Assembly: GCA_963662265.2 (NCBI GenBank)
Contig: CAXXHA010000006.1
Coordinates: forward strand, 1-36,616
Length of the DNA: 36,616 bases
Direction of reading: 5' to 3'
Source of the DNA: Spirochaetia bacterium
Lineage (GTDB): Bacteria; Spirochaetota; Spirochaetia; CADAEX01
The stretch's first letter is position 1, and every line of letters starts with the position of its first letter. A model generated the notes under the pieces. That model did not search any database and had not been told where the DNA came from. It worked only from the letters and a program-made list of their open reading frames with translations. Below are positions 18,574 to 28,533 of the stretch, piece after piece. A program made the position numbers and the translations under genes.

Positions 18574-20086
18574 CTATTCTGGTTTCTCTGATAATTGTAA
18601 CTCTGATTCTTCCAGGATATCTGAGTTCAGATTCAATTTTCTTGGCTATTTCCTTACCAAGATCACTGGCTTTGTCGTCTGTTACACTTTCATTGTTTAC
18701 GAGAATTCTAAGTTCACGGCCAGCCTGTATAGCATAAGCCTTATCAACACCTTCAAATTCAAATGCAATCTTTTCGAGATTTTCAAGTCTCTTGATATAA
18801 TTATCAAGAGTTTCTCTTCTCGCACCAGGTCTTGCCGCAGATATAGCATCTGCAATCTGAACAATTACAGATTCTATGCAGGAAGGTTCAACATCATTGT
18901 GGTGAGAACCGACAGCATTGACAACTCTGGGATCTTCACCCATTTTTCTTGCCGCTTCCATACCGATTTCAGCATGGTTACCGTCACCGTTTGTTTCCAT
19001 GCCTTTACCAATATCATGCAGGAGAGCTGCCCTTCTGGTTAATATTTTGTTTGCACCGACTTCCGCAGCAATCATACTGGCTACAATTGCCACTTCTTTT
19101 GAGTGCTGTAATACATTCTGTCCGTAACTTGTTCTGAAATGAAGTCTTCCCAGAGCTCTGACGCCATCAGGACTCATGTTGTGAATACCAAGATCAAAAA
19201 GAACTTTTTCACCTTCTTCATAGATAATCTGGTTTACTTCTTTTTTAACCTTGTTGACAATTTCCTCGATTCTGGCTGGATGTATTCGACCATCCATAAT
19301 AAGCCGTTCAAGTGAAACCCTCGCAACTTCCTTCCTGACAGGATCAAAACAGGAGATTACAACTGCTTCAGGAGTATCATCAATAATAATATCAACACCT
19401 GTGAGCGTCTCAAGAGTCCGGATATTTCTACCCTCTCTCCCGATAATTCTCCCCTTCATCTCATCATTTGGCAGAGTTACCGATGCAATAGTTACTTCAG
19501 ACACAACATCAGTAGCTATTCTCTGTATAGTGGAAACAAGTATACTTCTGGCTTTTTTCTCGGAAGTAAGCTGTGCTTCCTGTTCAATCTTGTTCAACAG
19601 TGCCTGGGCATCATGCTTAGCCTCGTTTTCAAGAGACTGCATTATTAATTTCTTGGCTTCCTCTGCGGATAAACCGGAAACCTCTTCAAGTTTTTTCTGC
19701 CAGGCTTTTTCCTGTTCTGCAATACTTAATTCTTTGTTCTCTAAATTTCTCTCACGGTCTGAGACAGCCTGCTGCTGCTTTTCAAGCGAAACAAGCTTAT
19801 TATCAAGGTTATCTTCTTTTTGCAATAGACGTCTTTCAAAACGCTGAAGTTCACCTCTTCGTTCCCGGAATTCTTTCTCGTGCTGATTCCGTTCCTTAAG
19901 AACCTGATCTTTTGCTTCTAAGAATAATTCTTTTTTACGAGCTTCTGCTTCTTTTACAGCATCCTGTTTTATTCTCTCAGCTCTCTGTTCTGATGATGAA
20001 AGCTGAAATCTAGCATATAACCATCGAATTGACCAACCTAATATCAAACCAATGAGAGGAAGAGCTATGTAAATTATCAACTGCAT
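18557..20086 (-). CDS. rny: Ribonuclease Y
   Basis: N-terminal TM, coiled coil, KH domain (KGRIIGREGRNI), HD domain (LLHDIGK) and ADAISAARPGARRE. Confidence 0.98.
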   Translation of the reverse strand: MQLIIYIALPLIGLILGWSIRWLYARFQLSSSEQRAERIKQDAVKEAEARKKELFLEAKDQVLKERNQHEKEFRERRGELQRFERRLLQKEDNLDNKLVSLEKQQQAVSDRERNLENKELSIAEQEKAWQKKLEEVSGLSAEEAKKLIMQSLENEAKHDAQALLNKIEQEAQLTSEKKARSILVSTIQRIATDVVSEVTIASVTLPNDEMKGRIIGREGRNIRTLETLTGVDIIIDDTPEAVVISCFDPVRKEVARVSLERLIMDGRIHPARIEEIVNKVKKEVNQIIYEEGEKVLFDLGIHNMSPDGVRALGRLHFRTSYGQNVLQHSKEVAIVASMIAAEVGANKILTRRAALLHDIGKGMETNGDGNHAEIGMEAARKMGEDPRVVNAVGSHHNDVEPSCIESVIVQIADAISAARPGARRETLDNYIKRLENLEKIAFEFEGVDKAYAIQAGRELRILVNNESVTDDKASDLGKEIAKKIESELRYPGRIRVTIIRETRIVEYAR

Positions 20087-20117
20087 AATCTTCCTCCATC
20101 ATACTTTTTAATACATG

Positions 20118-20147
20118 ATAATAACTTTTTTCTTATTTTGTTGTCAA
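20118..20147 (-). promoter_or_regulatory. Sigma70 promoter of rny-ymdB-tlyA
   Basis: TTGACA-18 nt-TATTAT, followed by a GGAGG SD before ATG 20086. Confidence 0.65.
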
Positions 20148-20160
20148 GAATTATTAAATC

Positions 20161-23100
20161 TTATTTTTGGAGATTATGGACTTTTTCAAGCATATCCTCT
20201 ATTGATATTGTCTTGACATCCGGAGAAAGAAACAGATAAGCCTGCTTCTTTCTGAATTTGATAGGTATAAGAAGTATGCTCTTAATAAAACTTCTGTCTT
20301 CATCAGAAAATATATTGTCATACTCTGGGAATCCTTCGGTTCCTGCCTTGAGATAGAATATTTTTCTGTCTTTCAGGATTTCTGAATAGAATTCATCTTT
20401 CTTTTTCAGTTCCAGAAGAGTATTTATTTTATTAAGGCCTACACTCATCTCGGGATAATACCTGGTCTCATCCTGTACAAGAACAGCCCCGTATATTGAT
20501 TTAACTTCTCTTGATATCTTCAGCAGAGCTTTCATATTTGCAATAGAAGATTCTCCTGTATATTTACTGCTGTACATATCAAAATCAAAACCATACTCAT
20601 CTGTAATTATTTTGTTTATATCTATTTCTATCTTTTCTTCATCGATTTCTTCAAACTCGCCTTCATCATCAAAAACAGGAAGATCTATTTCTGCTTTTGC
20701 AAATATACCTGAAATCCCGGGAAAATTTCCAACGGATGAGTCTTCATCTGCATCCTTCATGGTTTCTTCCTGAATCTTTTCTTTTTCAGCATCAAAACCG
20801 GGAAGCTTTTTATAAATTTCCTCAAGGTGTTTTATATCATATATTTCCAGGAGTTTTTCTTTTTTAAGCATTTTCAGCTTATCACTCAATGTAAGATTTT
20901 CAAGTTCATGGTATTCAATATCTTTTATTTCTTCTAATACAGCCATTTCAGCAAATCCTGTATTTTCTTCCATCTTCTGTTTCCTTATCTCTTCAAATAC
21001 ATTATCTAAAACATTTATATTGCGATTATATTCTTTTATCCATTCACTTGAAATATATTCTACATCATACTCATCAAAATCATCTTTTTCTACTGCTGGT
21101 TCCAGGTATTCAACTTCTTCTTTATCTTTCTCTATTATAAGCGGGATTATTTCTTTTACAAGTTCAAGCTCTTCAAGCTCTTCAAGTTCTCTTAAATCTT
21201 TTTCTACTTCAACTTCTTCAAGATCCTCAACCTCTTCAAGTGTGTCTACAGCTTCTGCCTCTTCTTCTCCAAGTTCTTCAAGTTCACCAACTTCTTCAAG
21301 CAGTTCAAGTTCCTCTAATTCAGATTCCCCGCTCTCAATTTCTCTCTGCTTCCTGTAAACATCAATTCCATCTTCAGAAACCGCATCAATTGTTTCAACA
21401 AGTTCATTTTCATCCAGGGCGCTTAATTCTCCTGCGCTATCATCAATTTTATTTTTTCTTATAAACAGATTTAATTTATCAATTTCATCTTTTGTTTCAG
21501 GTTCTGATAGAGGTATGAACCCTTTTTCTGCAGCAGATACTACCATTTTAATAGCATCTTCACTGATTATATGTTCAGCAATGTTTTTATATTTATCAGG
21601 ATGTTCTTTCAGATCTGTTGAATCAGCAGGTATAAGTTCTTCTTCAATTTCTGCGGTCTCAGCTGCTTCTACCGACCCCTCAATCTCTTCGAGTGCTTCA
21701 ACTTCCTCGAGTTCTTCAACCTCTTCTACCCCTTCGATCTCTTCAAGATCTTCGGGGACTTCGGCCTCTTCGAGGGCCTCGACTTCTACTGGTTCGCCAA
21801 GTTCTTCAACCTCTTCTACCCCTTCGATCTCTTCAAGATCTTCGGGGACTTCAGCCTCTTCGACTTCCTCGACTTCTACTGCTTCGCCAAGTTCCTCGAC
21901 CTCTTCTACCTCTACAGGTTCTCCAAGTTCTTCAACCTCTTCTACCCCTTCGATCTCTTCAAGATCTTCGGGGACTTCGGCCTCTTCGAGGGCCTCGACT
22001 TCTACTGGTTCGCCAAGTTCCTCGACCTCTTCGCCCCCTTCGATCTCTTCAAGATCTTCGGGGACTTCGGCCTCTTCGAGGGCCTCGACTTCTACAGGTT
22101 CTCCGAGTTCTTCAACCTCTTCTACCTCTACAGGTTCTCCGAGTTCTTCAACCTCTTCTACCTCTACAGGTTCTCCAAGTTCCTCAACCTCTTCTACCTC
22201 TACAGGTTCTCCAAGTTCCTCGAGTTCTTCTGCCTCTACAGGTTCTCCGAGTTCCTCGAGTTCTTCTGCCTCTACAGGTTCTCCGAGTTCCTCGAGTTCT
22301 TCTACCTCTACAGGTTCTCCGAGTTCTTCAACCTCTTCTACCTCTACAGGTTCTCCAAGTTCCTCAACCTCTTCTACCTCTACAGGTTCTCCAAGTTCCT
22401 CAACCTCTTCTACCTCTACAGGTTCTCCAAGTTCCTCGAGTTCTTCTGCCTCTACAGGTTCTCCGAGTTCCTCGAGTTCTTCTGCCTCTACAGGTTCTCC
22501 GAGTTCCTCGAGTTCTTCTACCTCTACAGGTTCTCCGAGTTCTTCAACCTCTTCTACCTCTACAGGTTCTCCAAGTTCCTCAACCTCTTCTACCTCTACA
22601 GGTTGTAAAGTCTTTTTTGCAGGTGCTTTTTCAGCAACTGCAGCCGAAGTTCTTACTGAGCCTAAATCAAGTTCGCTCTTGAGTATCTTTTTAACTATTT
22701 CATCAATATTGCTTATTTCTATATTAGCTGCTGTCTTTCCAGGCGCTTCTTCAAATCTTCCAGCAAGAAGTCCTATTATTTCATCCCAACTTTTATCAAT
22801 CAGAAGATTAACCTCTTCTTCCTGATTACTTTTTATTCCTCTTATACCTTTCTTGACTTCCCGTTTTACTTCTTCTTTTCTGCTTTTTAGTTCTTTTTTC
22901 CATCTTTTCCAGTCTATTTCATGCTTGGTATCAAGGTATTCAATCAGAAAATTTATCTGGAACCTTTTTACCCTGTCCGAGATTACAGATATCCTGTCCT
23001 GCCTTAGATTAAAAATCAGAAATGTTACTATATTAAAAACAAAAAAGGTTACTATTAAAAGAATATACCGGTAAAACTGGTCAATCTGAAATATTTCCCT

Positions 23101-23928
23101 CAGAAGAACTATTCCGCTGAATCGCCTGTCACCCCTGAATGTCAGCAGGGCATATTCTTTACCTGATTCATCTTCATAGATATATTTGATTTTTTCATAA
23201 TCTGTCTTTTCCCAGTTGTTCCTGATTATTTCAGAAACTTTTTCACTTTTGTCAAACAGATTTAAAACAACACCTGTATCTCCGATAAGTGCAATATTAT
23301 CATTTTCATCAAGCAGATAATTTTTTTTGAGATACTGCTCCAGGTCTTTATATTCAAAAGCTGCCTGTATAAAACCTCTTTTTATACCAAACTCATCTTC
23401 AAGATCATTTTTAACAAATATATTATTTTCTTTTTCACTGAAGAGTAATTCTCCTGTCTTCAGGTTATCAATTCTGTCTCTTTCTGCATCTGAGAGAGCT
23501 TTTTTATATGTTTTATAGATAACTCTGAATTCTTCCCGTGAGTTTATATCATTTTCATTTGTACTGTAATGTATTTTACCTTCATCATCGACGACTCGTA
23601 CATATTTGAAATATATGTTTTCCTTTTTGACTTTTTTTATGAGGTTATTACGCTGAAATATATCTTCTTTACTCTGATTGGTGAGAAATACCCTTTTGAT
23701 AGCTTTTTTTTCACTGATATCTTCAACAGTTTTATTAAGTACTTCTGAATATTCTTCTATACCGGCTAAAACATCATTAAGATGCTTTTCATAGTCGCCA
23801 ACAATTTTATTGTTATAGTATTTTGTTTCAATTATATCAAAAAGACTTGAGAAAGCTATAACTGTGAATCCGGCAAACAGTACAAGAGACAATATAATAC
23901 TTAGTGCTGCTTTTTGTATTACTTTCAT
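20161..23928 (-). CDS. Large membrane protein: TM - Cache-like extracytoplasmic domain - TM - helical region - Glu-rich tandem repeats - C-terminal globular (possibly GAF-like) domain
   Basis: 1255-aa ORF with GGAG SD; two hydrophobic segments flank about 260 aa containing YVRVVDDEGKIHYST; acidic repeats follow. Domain names are inferred. Confidence 0.8.
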   Translation of the reverse strand: MKVIQKAALSIILSLVLFAGFTVIAFSSLFDIIETKYYNNKIVGDYEKHLNDVLAGIEEYSEVLNKTVEDISEKKAIKRVFLTNQSKEDIFQRNNLIKKVKKENIYFKYVRVVDDEGKIHYSTNENDINSREEFRVIYKTYKKALSDAERDRIDNLKTGELLFSEKENNIFVKNDLEDEFGIKRGFIQAAFEYKDLEQYLKKNYLLDENDNIALIGDTGVVLNLFDKSEKVSEIIRNNWEKTDYEKIKYIYEDESGKEYALLTFRGDRRFSGIVLLREIFQIDQFYRYILLIVTFFVFNIVTFLIFNLRQDRISVISDRVKRFQINFLIEYLDTKHEIDWKRWKKELKSRKEEVKREVKKGIRGIKSNQEEEVNLLIDKSWDEIIGLLAGRFEEAPGKTAANIEISNIDEIVKKILKSELDLGSVRTSAAVAEKAPAKKTLQPVEVEEVEELGEPVEVEEVEELGEPVEVEELEELGEPVEAEELEELGEPVEAEELEELGEPVEVEEVEELGEPVEVEEVEELGEPVEVEEVEELGEPVEVEELEELGEPVEAEELEELGEPVEAEELEELGEPVEVEEVEELGEPVEVEEVEELGEPVEVEEVEELGEPVEVEALEEAEVPEDLEEIEGGEEVEELGEPVEVEALEEAEVPEDLEEIEGVEEVEELGEPVEVEEVEELGEAVEVEEVEEAEVPEDLEEIEGVEEVEELGEPVEVEALEEAEVPEDLEEIEGVEEVEELEEVEALEEIEGSVEAAETAEIEEELIPADSTDLKEHPDKYKNIAEHIISEDAIKMVVSAAEKGFIPLSEPETKDEIDKLNLFIRKNKIDDSAGELSALDENELVETIDAVSEDGIDVYRKQREIESGESELEELELLEEVGELEELGEEEAEAVDTLEEVEDLEEVEVEKDLRELEELEELELVKEIIPLIIEKDKEEVEYLEPAVEKDDFDEYDVEYISSEWIKEYNRNINVLDNVFEEIRKQKMEENTGFAEMAVLEEIKDIEYHELENLTLSDKLKMLKKEKLLEIYDIKHLEEIYKKLPGFDAEKEKIQEETMKDADEDSSVGNFPGISGIFAKAEIDLPVFDDEGEFEEIDEEKIEIDINKIITDEYGFDFDMYSSKYTGESSIANMKALLKISREVKSIYGAVLVQDETRYYPEMSVGLNKINTLLELKKKDEFYSEILKDRKIFYLKAGTEGFPEYDNIFSDEDRSFIKSILLIPIKFRKKQAYLFLSPDVKTISIEDMLEKVHNLQK
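21703..22602 (-). repeat. Coding tandem array: 14 x 36 bp (PVE[V/A]EE[V/L]EELGE), then units of 90/90/36/90/90 bp
   Basis: Read directly: 36-bp units span 22099-22602 and mixed 30-aa/12-aa units span 21703-22098. Confidence 0.95.
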
Positions 23929-24054
23929 TTTCTCCGTACTGTACCTTTTTTATTTTTCAGCATATTTGTTATTTTTTCACCTTTAAAATCTTTATCCTGT
24001 CTTTTTTATGTTTTTTTTTCTTTTGCTGCACAGAAATTCTTTATCATTATCGAC

Positions 24055-24086
24055 AAAAAAAAAGGAGAGGTAAACACCTCTCCTTT
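24055..24086 (-). terminator. Intrinsic terminator ending the ribosomal protein superoperon
   Basis: Minus strand AAAGGAGAGGT-gttt-ACCTCTCC-T9, shortly after the rplQ stop. Confidence 0.9.
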
Positions 24087-24104
24087 CTATTTTTAATATT
24101 TTTT

Positions 24105-24599
24105 TTATTCTTCGCTTTTAGCTTCTTCTGCTTTTTCTTCAACAGCTTCCGCTTTCGCTTCTTCTTTTACTTCTACTGCCTGTTTTTCAGGTGCTGCTTT
24201 TTTCTTTTTCTTGTCCTTTTTTTCAGCCTTATCTTTGCTTTCAGCTTTTTCTACAAGTTCAAGAAATACTATTTCTGCTGCATCACCTGCTCTTCTTCCA
24301 AGTTTGAGAATTCGAGTATAACCCCCTTCTCTTGTTTTAAATCTTGGAGCAATATCTGTAAAAAGTTTCGCAAGGATTTCCTTATCCTTAATATCTTTTG
24401 CTATAACTCTCCTGTTATGAACAGAATCAACCTTAGCTCTGGTAATCATTTTTTCAGCTGTTCTTCTGATTTCCAAAGCTTTTGCTTTAGTTGTTTTGAT
24501 TCTTTCATATCTAAAAATAGAAGTTACCATATTACGAGTCATAGCTTTTCTATGACTGCTTTTTCTACTAAGCTTGTTAAATCCCATTCTGTTATTCAT
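24105..24599 (-). CDS. rplQ: 50S ribosomal protein L17 with a K/E/A-rich tail
   Basis: [20 protein letters not shown] and GGYTRILK motifs. Confidence 0.97.
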   Translation of the reverse strand: MNNRMGFNKLSRKSSHRKAMTRNMVTSIFRYERIKTTKAKALEIRRTAEKMITRAKVDSVHNRRVIAKDIKDKEILAKLFTDIAPRFKTREGGYTRILKLGRRAGDAAEIVFLELVEKAESKDKAEKKDKKKKKAAPEKQAVEVKEEAKAEAVEEKAEEAKSEE

Positions 24600-25644
24600 C
24601 TTCGTTTTCCTTCTGAATATTCTGGTTTACTGTGTGTCTCAGATTACTGTAATCAGTCATACCAAGCTCAAGATCCCATTCTTTAAGTTTTTCCTTTATT
24701 TCAAGGAGGGATTTTTTACCAAAATTTCTTGTTTTAGCAATATCATCTTCTGTTCTTGATGTAAGTTCGCCAATTGTTCTTATATTGGCATTTTTCAGAC
24801 AGTTACTTGATCTGACTGAAAGTTCAAGTTCATCAACAGGTGTATCAAGGATTTTCCGAATTTTTTCTTCTTCTTCATCCACATCATCTTCAACACCAAT
24901 AGAATCTTCATCAAAGTTAATAAAGATTGTAAAATGATCTTTTGCAATTTTAGCAGCTTCAGCTACAGCATCTTCAGGATTTATTGTTCCATCTGTCCAT
25001 ACTTCAAGGATAAGCTTATCATAATCATTTCTGTATCCGACTCTGGTGTTTTCTATGTTATACTTAACCCTTTTAATTGGAGAAAAAACAGCATCTATAG
25101 GAATAGTACCGATAATTTCAATGTATTTTTCATTGACTTCGGATGGTACATATCCCCTTCCAAGATCGATCTGAATTTCAATATCTACATTTGCATCAGC
25201 CATAAGAGTAGCAATCTTCAGATCCTTATTTATAATTGTTATTTCTTCATCATTTTCAAAGCTTTTGCCTGTTATTTCCCCATTAGAAGCATTTTCAAGC
25301 AGAATTATTTTCTGCTCTATATCTTCTGAGAGCTGTATCTGGAGCTGTTTAAGATTATTTATAATTACAGGTGTATCTTCCACAACTCCCGGTATTGATT
25401 CAAATTCGCTTGAAATTATGTGTGGATTACCATCTGCATCATAACTTGTAAACTTTACAGCAGATACTGCATATCCCTGAATAGAGGATAAGAGAATTCT
25501 TCTTAAGGTATTTCCTATTGTAGTCCCTACACCTCTCTCAAACGGATATGCAACAAACTTACCATAATTCTGAGAGCTTTCGCTCTGCTCAAAAGAAATA
25601 CCTTTAGGTCTTTTAAATCCCTTTAAAAGGTTTTTTCTTGCCAT
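24592..25644 (-). CDS. rpoA: RNA polymerase alpha subunit
   Basis: [21 protein letters not shown]; [15 protein letters not shown]...NFGKKSL. Confidence 0.98.
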   Translation of the reverse strand: MARKNLLKGFKRPKGISFEQSESSQNYGKFVAYPFERGVGTTIGNTLRRILLSSIQGYAVSAVKFTSYDADGNPHIISSEFESIPGVVEDTPVIINNLKQLQIQLSEDIEQKIILLENASNGEITGKSFENDEEITIINKDLKIATLMADANVDIEIQIDLGRGYVPSEVNEKYIEIIGTIPIDAVFSPIKRVKYNIENTRVGYRNDYDKLILEVWTDGTINPEDAVAEAAKIAKDHFTIFINFDEDSIGVEDDVDEEEEKIRKILDTPVDELELSVRSSNCLKNANIRTIGELTSRTEDDIAKTRNFGKKSLLEIKEKLKEWDLELGMTDYSNLRHTVNQNIQKENEDE

Positions 25645-25648
25645 TTAA

Positions 25649-26284
25649 TTACCTCGAATAAAGCTCGACTATTAACTGCTCATTGATTTCTGCAAGGTCA
25701 AGAACCTCACTTCTCAATGGATATGCCTTTAAACTTCCTTTCATCTCATCAGGATTTACTTCTAACCATGGCATTACACCTGATTTAGAATATTCTTTAA
25801 GGCTTTCTTTAATAGCCACAAGTTTTTTACTTTTTTCCTTAATTTCAATAACATCGTTTACTTTAACAGAATAAGAAGGTATGTTAACCATTTTACCATT
25901 AACATATACATGACCGTGACTTACAATCTGTCTTGCCTGGTTTCTAGAAGAAGCAAATCTCATTCTGAATACAATGTTATCGAGTCTTCTTTCAAGGAGA
26001 GTAATAAGGTTTTCACCTGTTTTCCCCTGCATTCTGTCGGCTCTGTTAAAAGTCAGCTTAAACTGTTTTTCAAGCATACAGTATGTTCTTTTAAGTTTCT
26101 GCTTTTCTCTAAGCTGGAGACCATAGTCAGTCATTTTACCAGCTCTGGCTTTCTGAGCCTTACCCGGAATATTCTTTTTCTGTGTAATCGGACATTTGGC
26201 AGAATTACATCTTTCCCCTTTCAGGAAAAGTTTTTTTCTTTCTGCTCTACATAACCTGCATTTTGGTCCTAAATATCTAGCCAT
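25649..26284 (-). CDS. rpsD: 30S ribosomal protein S4 (Cys-containing form)
   Basis: MARYLGPKCRLCR, QLREKQK and LERRLDN motifs. Confidence 0.98.
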   Translation of the reverse strand: MARYLGPKCRLCRAERKKLFLKGERCNSAKCPITQKKNIPGKAQKARAGKMTDYGLQLREKQKLKRTYCMLEKQFKLTFNRADRMQGKTGENLITLLERRLDNIVFRMRFASSRNQARQIVSHGHVYVNGKMVNIPSYSVKVNDVIEIKEKSKKLVAIKESLKEYSKSGVMPWLEVNPDEMKGSLKAYPLRSEVLDLAEINEQLIVELYSR

Positions 26285-26305
26285 TAATATCTACCTCGTA
26301 TTCCC

Positions 26306-26686
26306 TTATACTCTTCTGGTTTTCCTTGGTCTGCATCCATTGTGTGGAATTGGAGTAATGTCTTTAATAGTCATTACTTTCACACCAAGAGCTCCGATTG
26401 ATCTGATAGCAGACTCTCTTCCTACACCAGGTCCTTTTACAAATACATTTACTTCTCTGAGACCGTAGTCCATTGCCTTTTTAACAGCAGTTTCAGCTGT
26501 TGTCTGTGCAGCATAAGGTGTAGATTTCTTAGCACCTTTGAACGCCAGAGCACCGGCACTTGCCCATGAAAGAGCATTTCCCTTTAAATCTGTAATTGTA
26601 ACTATAGTATTGTTAAAAGTAGCCTGTATATAAACGTTTCCGCTGTATACGGTCTTCTTTTCTCTTTTTTTCTTTATTTTAGCCAA
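26306..26686 (-). CDS. rpsK: 30S ribosomal protein S11
   Basis: [20 protein letters not shown] and [10 protein letters not shown] motifs; TTG start. Confidence 0.98.
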   Translation of the reverse strand: MAKIKKKREKKTVYSGNVYIQATFNNTIVTITDLKGNALSWASAGALAFKGAKKSTPYAAQTTAETAVKKAMDYGLREVNVFVKGPGVGRESAIRSIGALGVKVMTIKDITPIPHNGCRPRKTRRV

Positions 26687-26703
26687 TTAAAATACCTCCG
26701 ACG

Positions 26704-27069
26704 TTACTTTTTCTTACCGGCAACAGTTTTCTTCTTGCCTTTTCTGGTTCTGGCATTGTTTTTTGTATGCTGCCCTCTTACCGGAAGACCTCTTCTGTGC
26801 CTGAGACCTCTGTAACAACCGATATCCATTAACCTCTTAATATTCAGAGATACTTCAGTTCGTAATCTACCTTCAACTTTGTATTCACTCTCAATCTCTT
26901 TTCTGAGAGTATTGAGTGATTCTGAATCAATATCATTTATTTTAACATCAGGATCAATACCAGTTTTTTTACAAATATCCACAGCTGAAGTTCTGCCTAT
27001 CCCGTAAATATAGGTTAATGCAATTTTAACGCTCTTGTTAGGCAGGTCAATACCTGCAATTCTAGCCAT
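26704..27069 (-). CDS. rpsM: 30S ribosomal protein S13
   Basis: [10 protein letters not shown] and [15 protein letters not shown] motifs. Confidence 0.98.
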   Translation of the reverse strand: MARIAGIDLPNKSVKIALTYIYGIGRTSAVDICKKTGIDPDVKINDIDSESLNTLRKEIESEYKVEGRLRTEVSLNIKRLMDIGCYRGLRHRRGLPVRGQHTKNNARTRKGKKKTVAGKKK

Positions 27070-27081
27070 CTAGATATCCCC

Positions 27082-27195
27082 CTACTTCTGTCTCTGCTTA
27101 TGTTTTGGATTCTGACAAATTATTCTTAAAACCCCGTTTCTTCTGATTACTTTGCATTTATCGCACATAGGTTTTACACTTACTCTTACTTTCAT
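27082..27195 (-). CDS. rpmJ: 50S ribosomal protein L36 (37 aa, not in the ORF track)
   Basis: Hand translation gives [37 protein letters not shown], with a GAGG SD. Confidence 0.97.
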   Translation of the reverse strand: MKVRVSVKPMCDKCKVIRRNGVLRIICQNPKHKQRQK

Positions 27196-27207
27196 TATAA
27201 ACCTCTC

Positions 27208-28530
27208 TTAAAGATTCCTTGATCTCAGCTTTCCTTTTCTTACAATACCGTCATGATGGTGCATCTTAAGATGTCCTTCAATCTGTGACATTGTATCAAG
27301 ATCCACACCAACCATAATAAGAAGAGATGTTCCTCCCATCAGCATTGATACCTGTCTCGGGAAATTGAACAATATCTGTACAATTGTTGGTATTATAGCA
27401 ATAAAAGCGAGAAAAATTGAACCGGGTAATATGATTCTGTTCAATATTTTTGACAGATATGATTCAATTTTTTCTGTTCTGATACCCGGAATGGAACCGC
27501 CGTTTTCTCTTATCTGTTTTGCTATTTCAATAGGATTCAGTGAAACCTGTGTATAGAAATATGCAAAAAATATTATCAGGAGCGCATATGTAATAAGGTA
27601 TGGAGCACCGGTAGGTCTGAACCAGTATGAAAGAGATGCCATCCATCTGTATTTAACACCAAGGCTTCCGAAAACCTGCAGAGGAAATGTCATAACTGAT
27701 GATGCAAAAATTACAGGAATAACACCTGATGGATTGATTTTGAACGGTATATATGTGCTCTGAGCACCGTACATTTTTCGTCCAACAACTCTTTTTGCAT
27801 AGTGAACAGGTATTTTTCTCTGACCCTGCTGTTCATATATTACAAGAGCAACAATACCGACAAACATTGCCATTACAATAATAACAAATACCGGGTTTAG
27901 TTCTCTTGCCCTTATTTTTTCAACAAGCATATAAAATGCCTGAGGCATTCTTGCGACAATACCGGCAAAAATTATCAATGATATACCATTCCCGATACCT
28001 CTCTGAGTGATCTGTTCACCCATCCACATCAGGAGGATAGTACCTGTAGTTACAGTCAGCATTGCTAAAATTGAATATGACAATGTAGACATTGTAATTG
28101 CATCAGGTATCTGTCTCGCATATACAGTTACTGCATATGACTGAATCAAACAGACAAAAACAGTACCGATTCTGGTATATCTCTGTATTTTCTTTCTGCC
28201 GCCTTCCTGTTCTGATATTTTCTTTAGACTCGGAAAAACCAGCAGAAGAAGCTGCATTATAATTGACATTGAAATGTAAGGCATAATACCAAGCATAAAT
28301 ACTGAGAAGTTTTTAAAACCACCCCCAGCAAAAAAGTCAATATACTCTGTTACTCCAATCGGTCCTGAATTTTCCTGAGCTAAAAAATATAATTTAAGAG
28401 CATTTACATTAATTCCAGGTATAGGAATTGTTGCACCAATTCTGAAGACAACCAGTACAACTATTGTAAATATTATTCTTTCCCTTAAATCTTTAATTCT
28501 GAAAACATCAACTAGCGGATTTCCTGCCAT
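27208..28530 (-). CDS. secY: Preprotein translocase SecY
   Basis: LGIMPYIS, GIGNGISLIIFAGI and GVIPVIFA motifs; about 10 TM segments. Confidence 0.98.
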   Translation of the reverse strand: MAGNPLVDVFRIKDLRERIIFTIVVLVVFRIGATIPIPGINVNALKLYFLAQENSGPIGVTEYIDFFAGGGFKNFSVFMLGIMPYISMSIIMQLLLLVFPSLKKISEQEGGRKKIQRYTRIGTVFVCLIQSYAVTVYARQIPDAITMSTLSYSILAMLTVTTGTILLMWMGEQITQRGIGNGISLIIFAGIVARMPQAFYMLVEKIRARELNPVFVIIVMAMFVGIVALVIYEQQGQRKIPVHYAKRVVGRKMYGAQSTYIPFKINPSGVIPVIFASSVMTFPLQVFGSLGVKYRWMASLSYWFRPTGAPYLITYALLIIFFAYFYTQVSLNPIEIAKQIRENGGSIPGIRTEKIESYLSKILNRIILPGSIFLAFIAIIPTIVQILFNFPRQVSMLMGGTSLLIMVGVDLDTMSQIEGHLKMHHHDGIVRKGKLRSRNL

Positions 28531-28533
28531 AAT

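Noticed and set aside
20087-20160. Possible 6S RNA upstream of rny
   Set aside because: Only 74 nt, filled by the promoter and SD; too short.
22099-22602. 36-bp repeats resembling CRISPR repeat length
   Set aside because: Units are head-to-tail with no unique spacers, lie in frame inside a CDS, and no cas genes are nearby.
21515-22825. Long + strand Ser/Thr-rich and Leu/Pro/Gln-rich ORFs (436 aa and 329 aa)
   Set aside because: Antisense shadows of the stop-free GAA/GAG-rich repeat; no independent evidence of coding.
23904-24686. 260-aa Phe-rich + strand ORF
   Set aside because: Antisense to the Lys/Glu-rich rplQ and an A-rich spacer; a compositional artefact.
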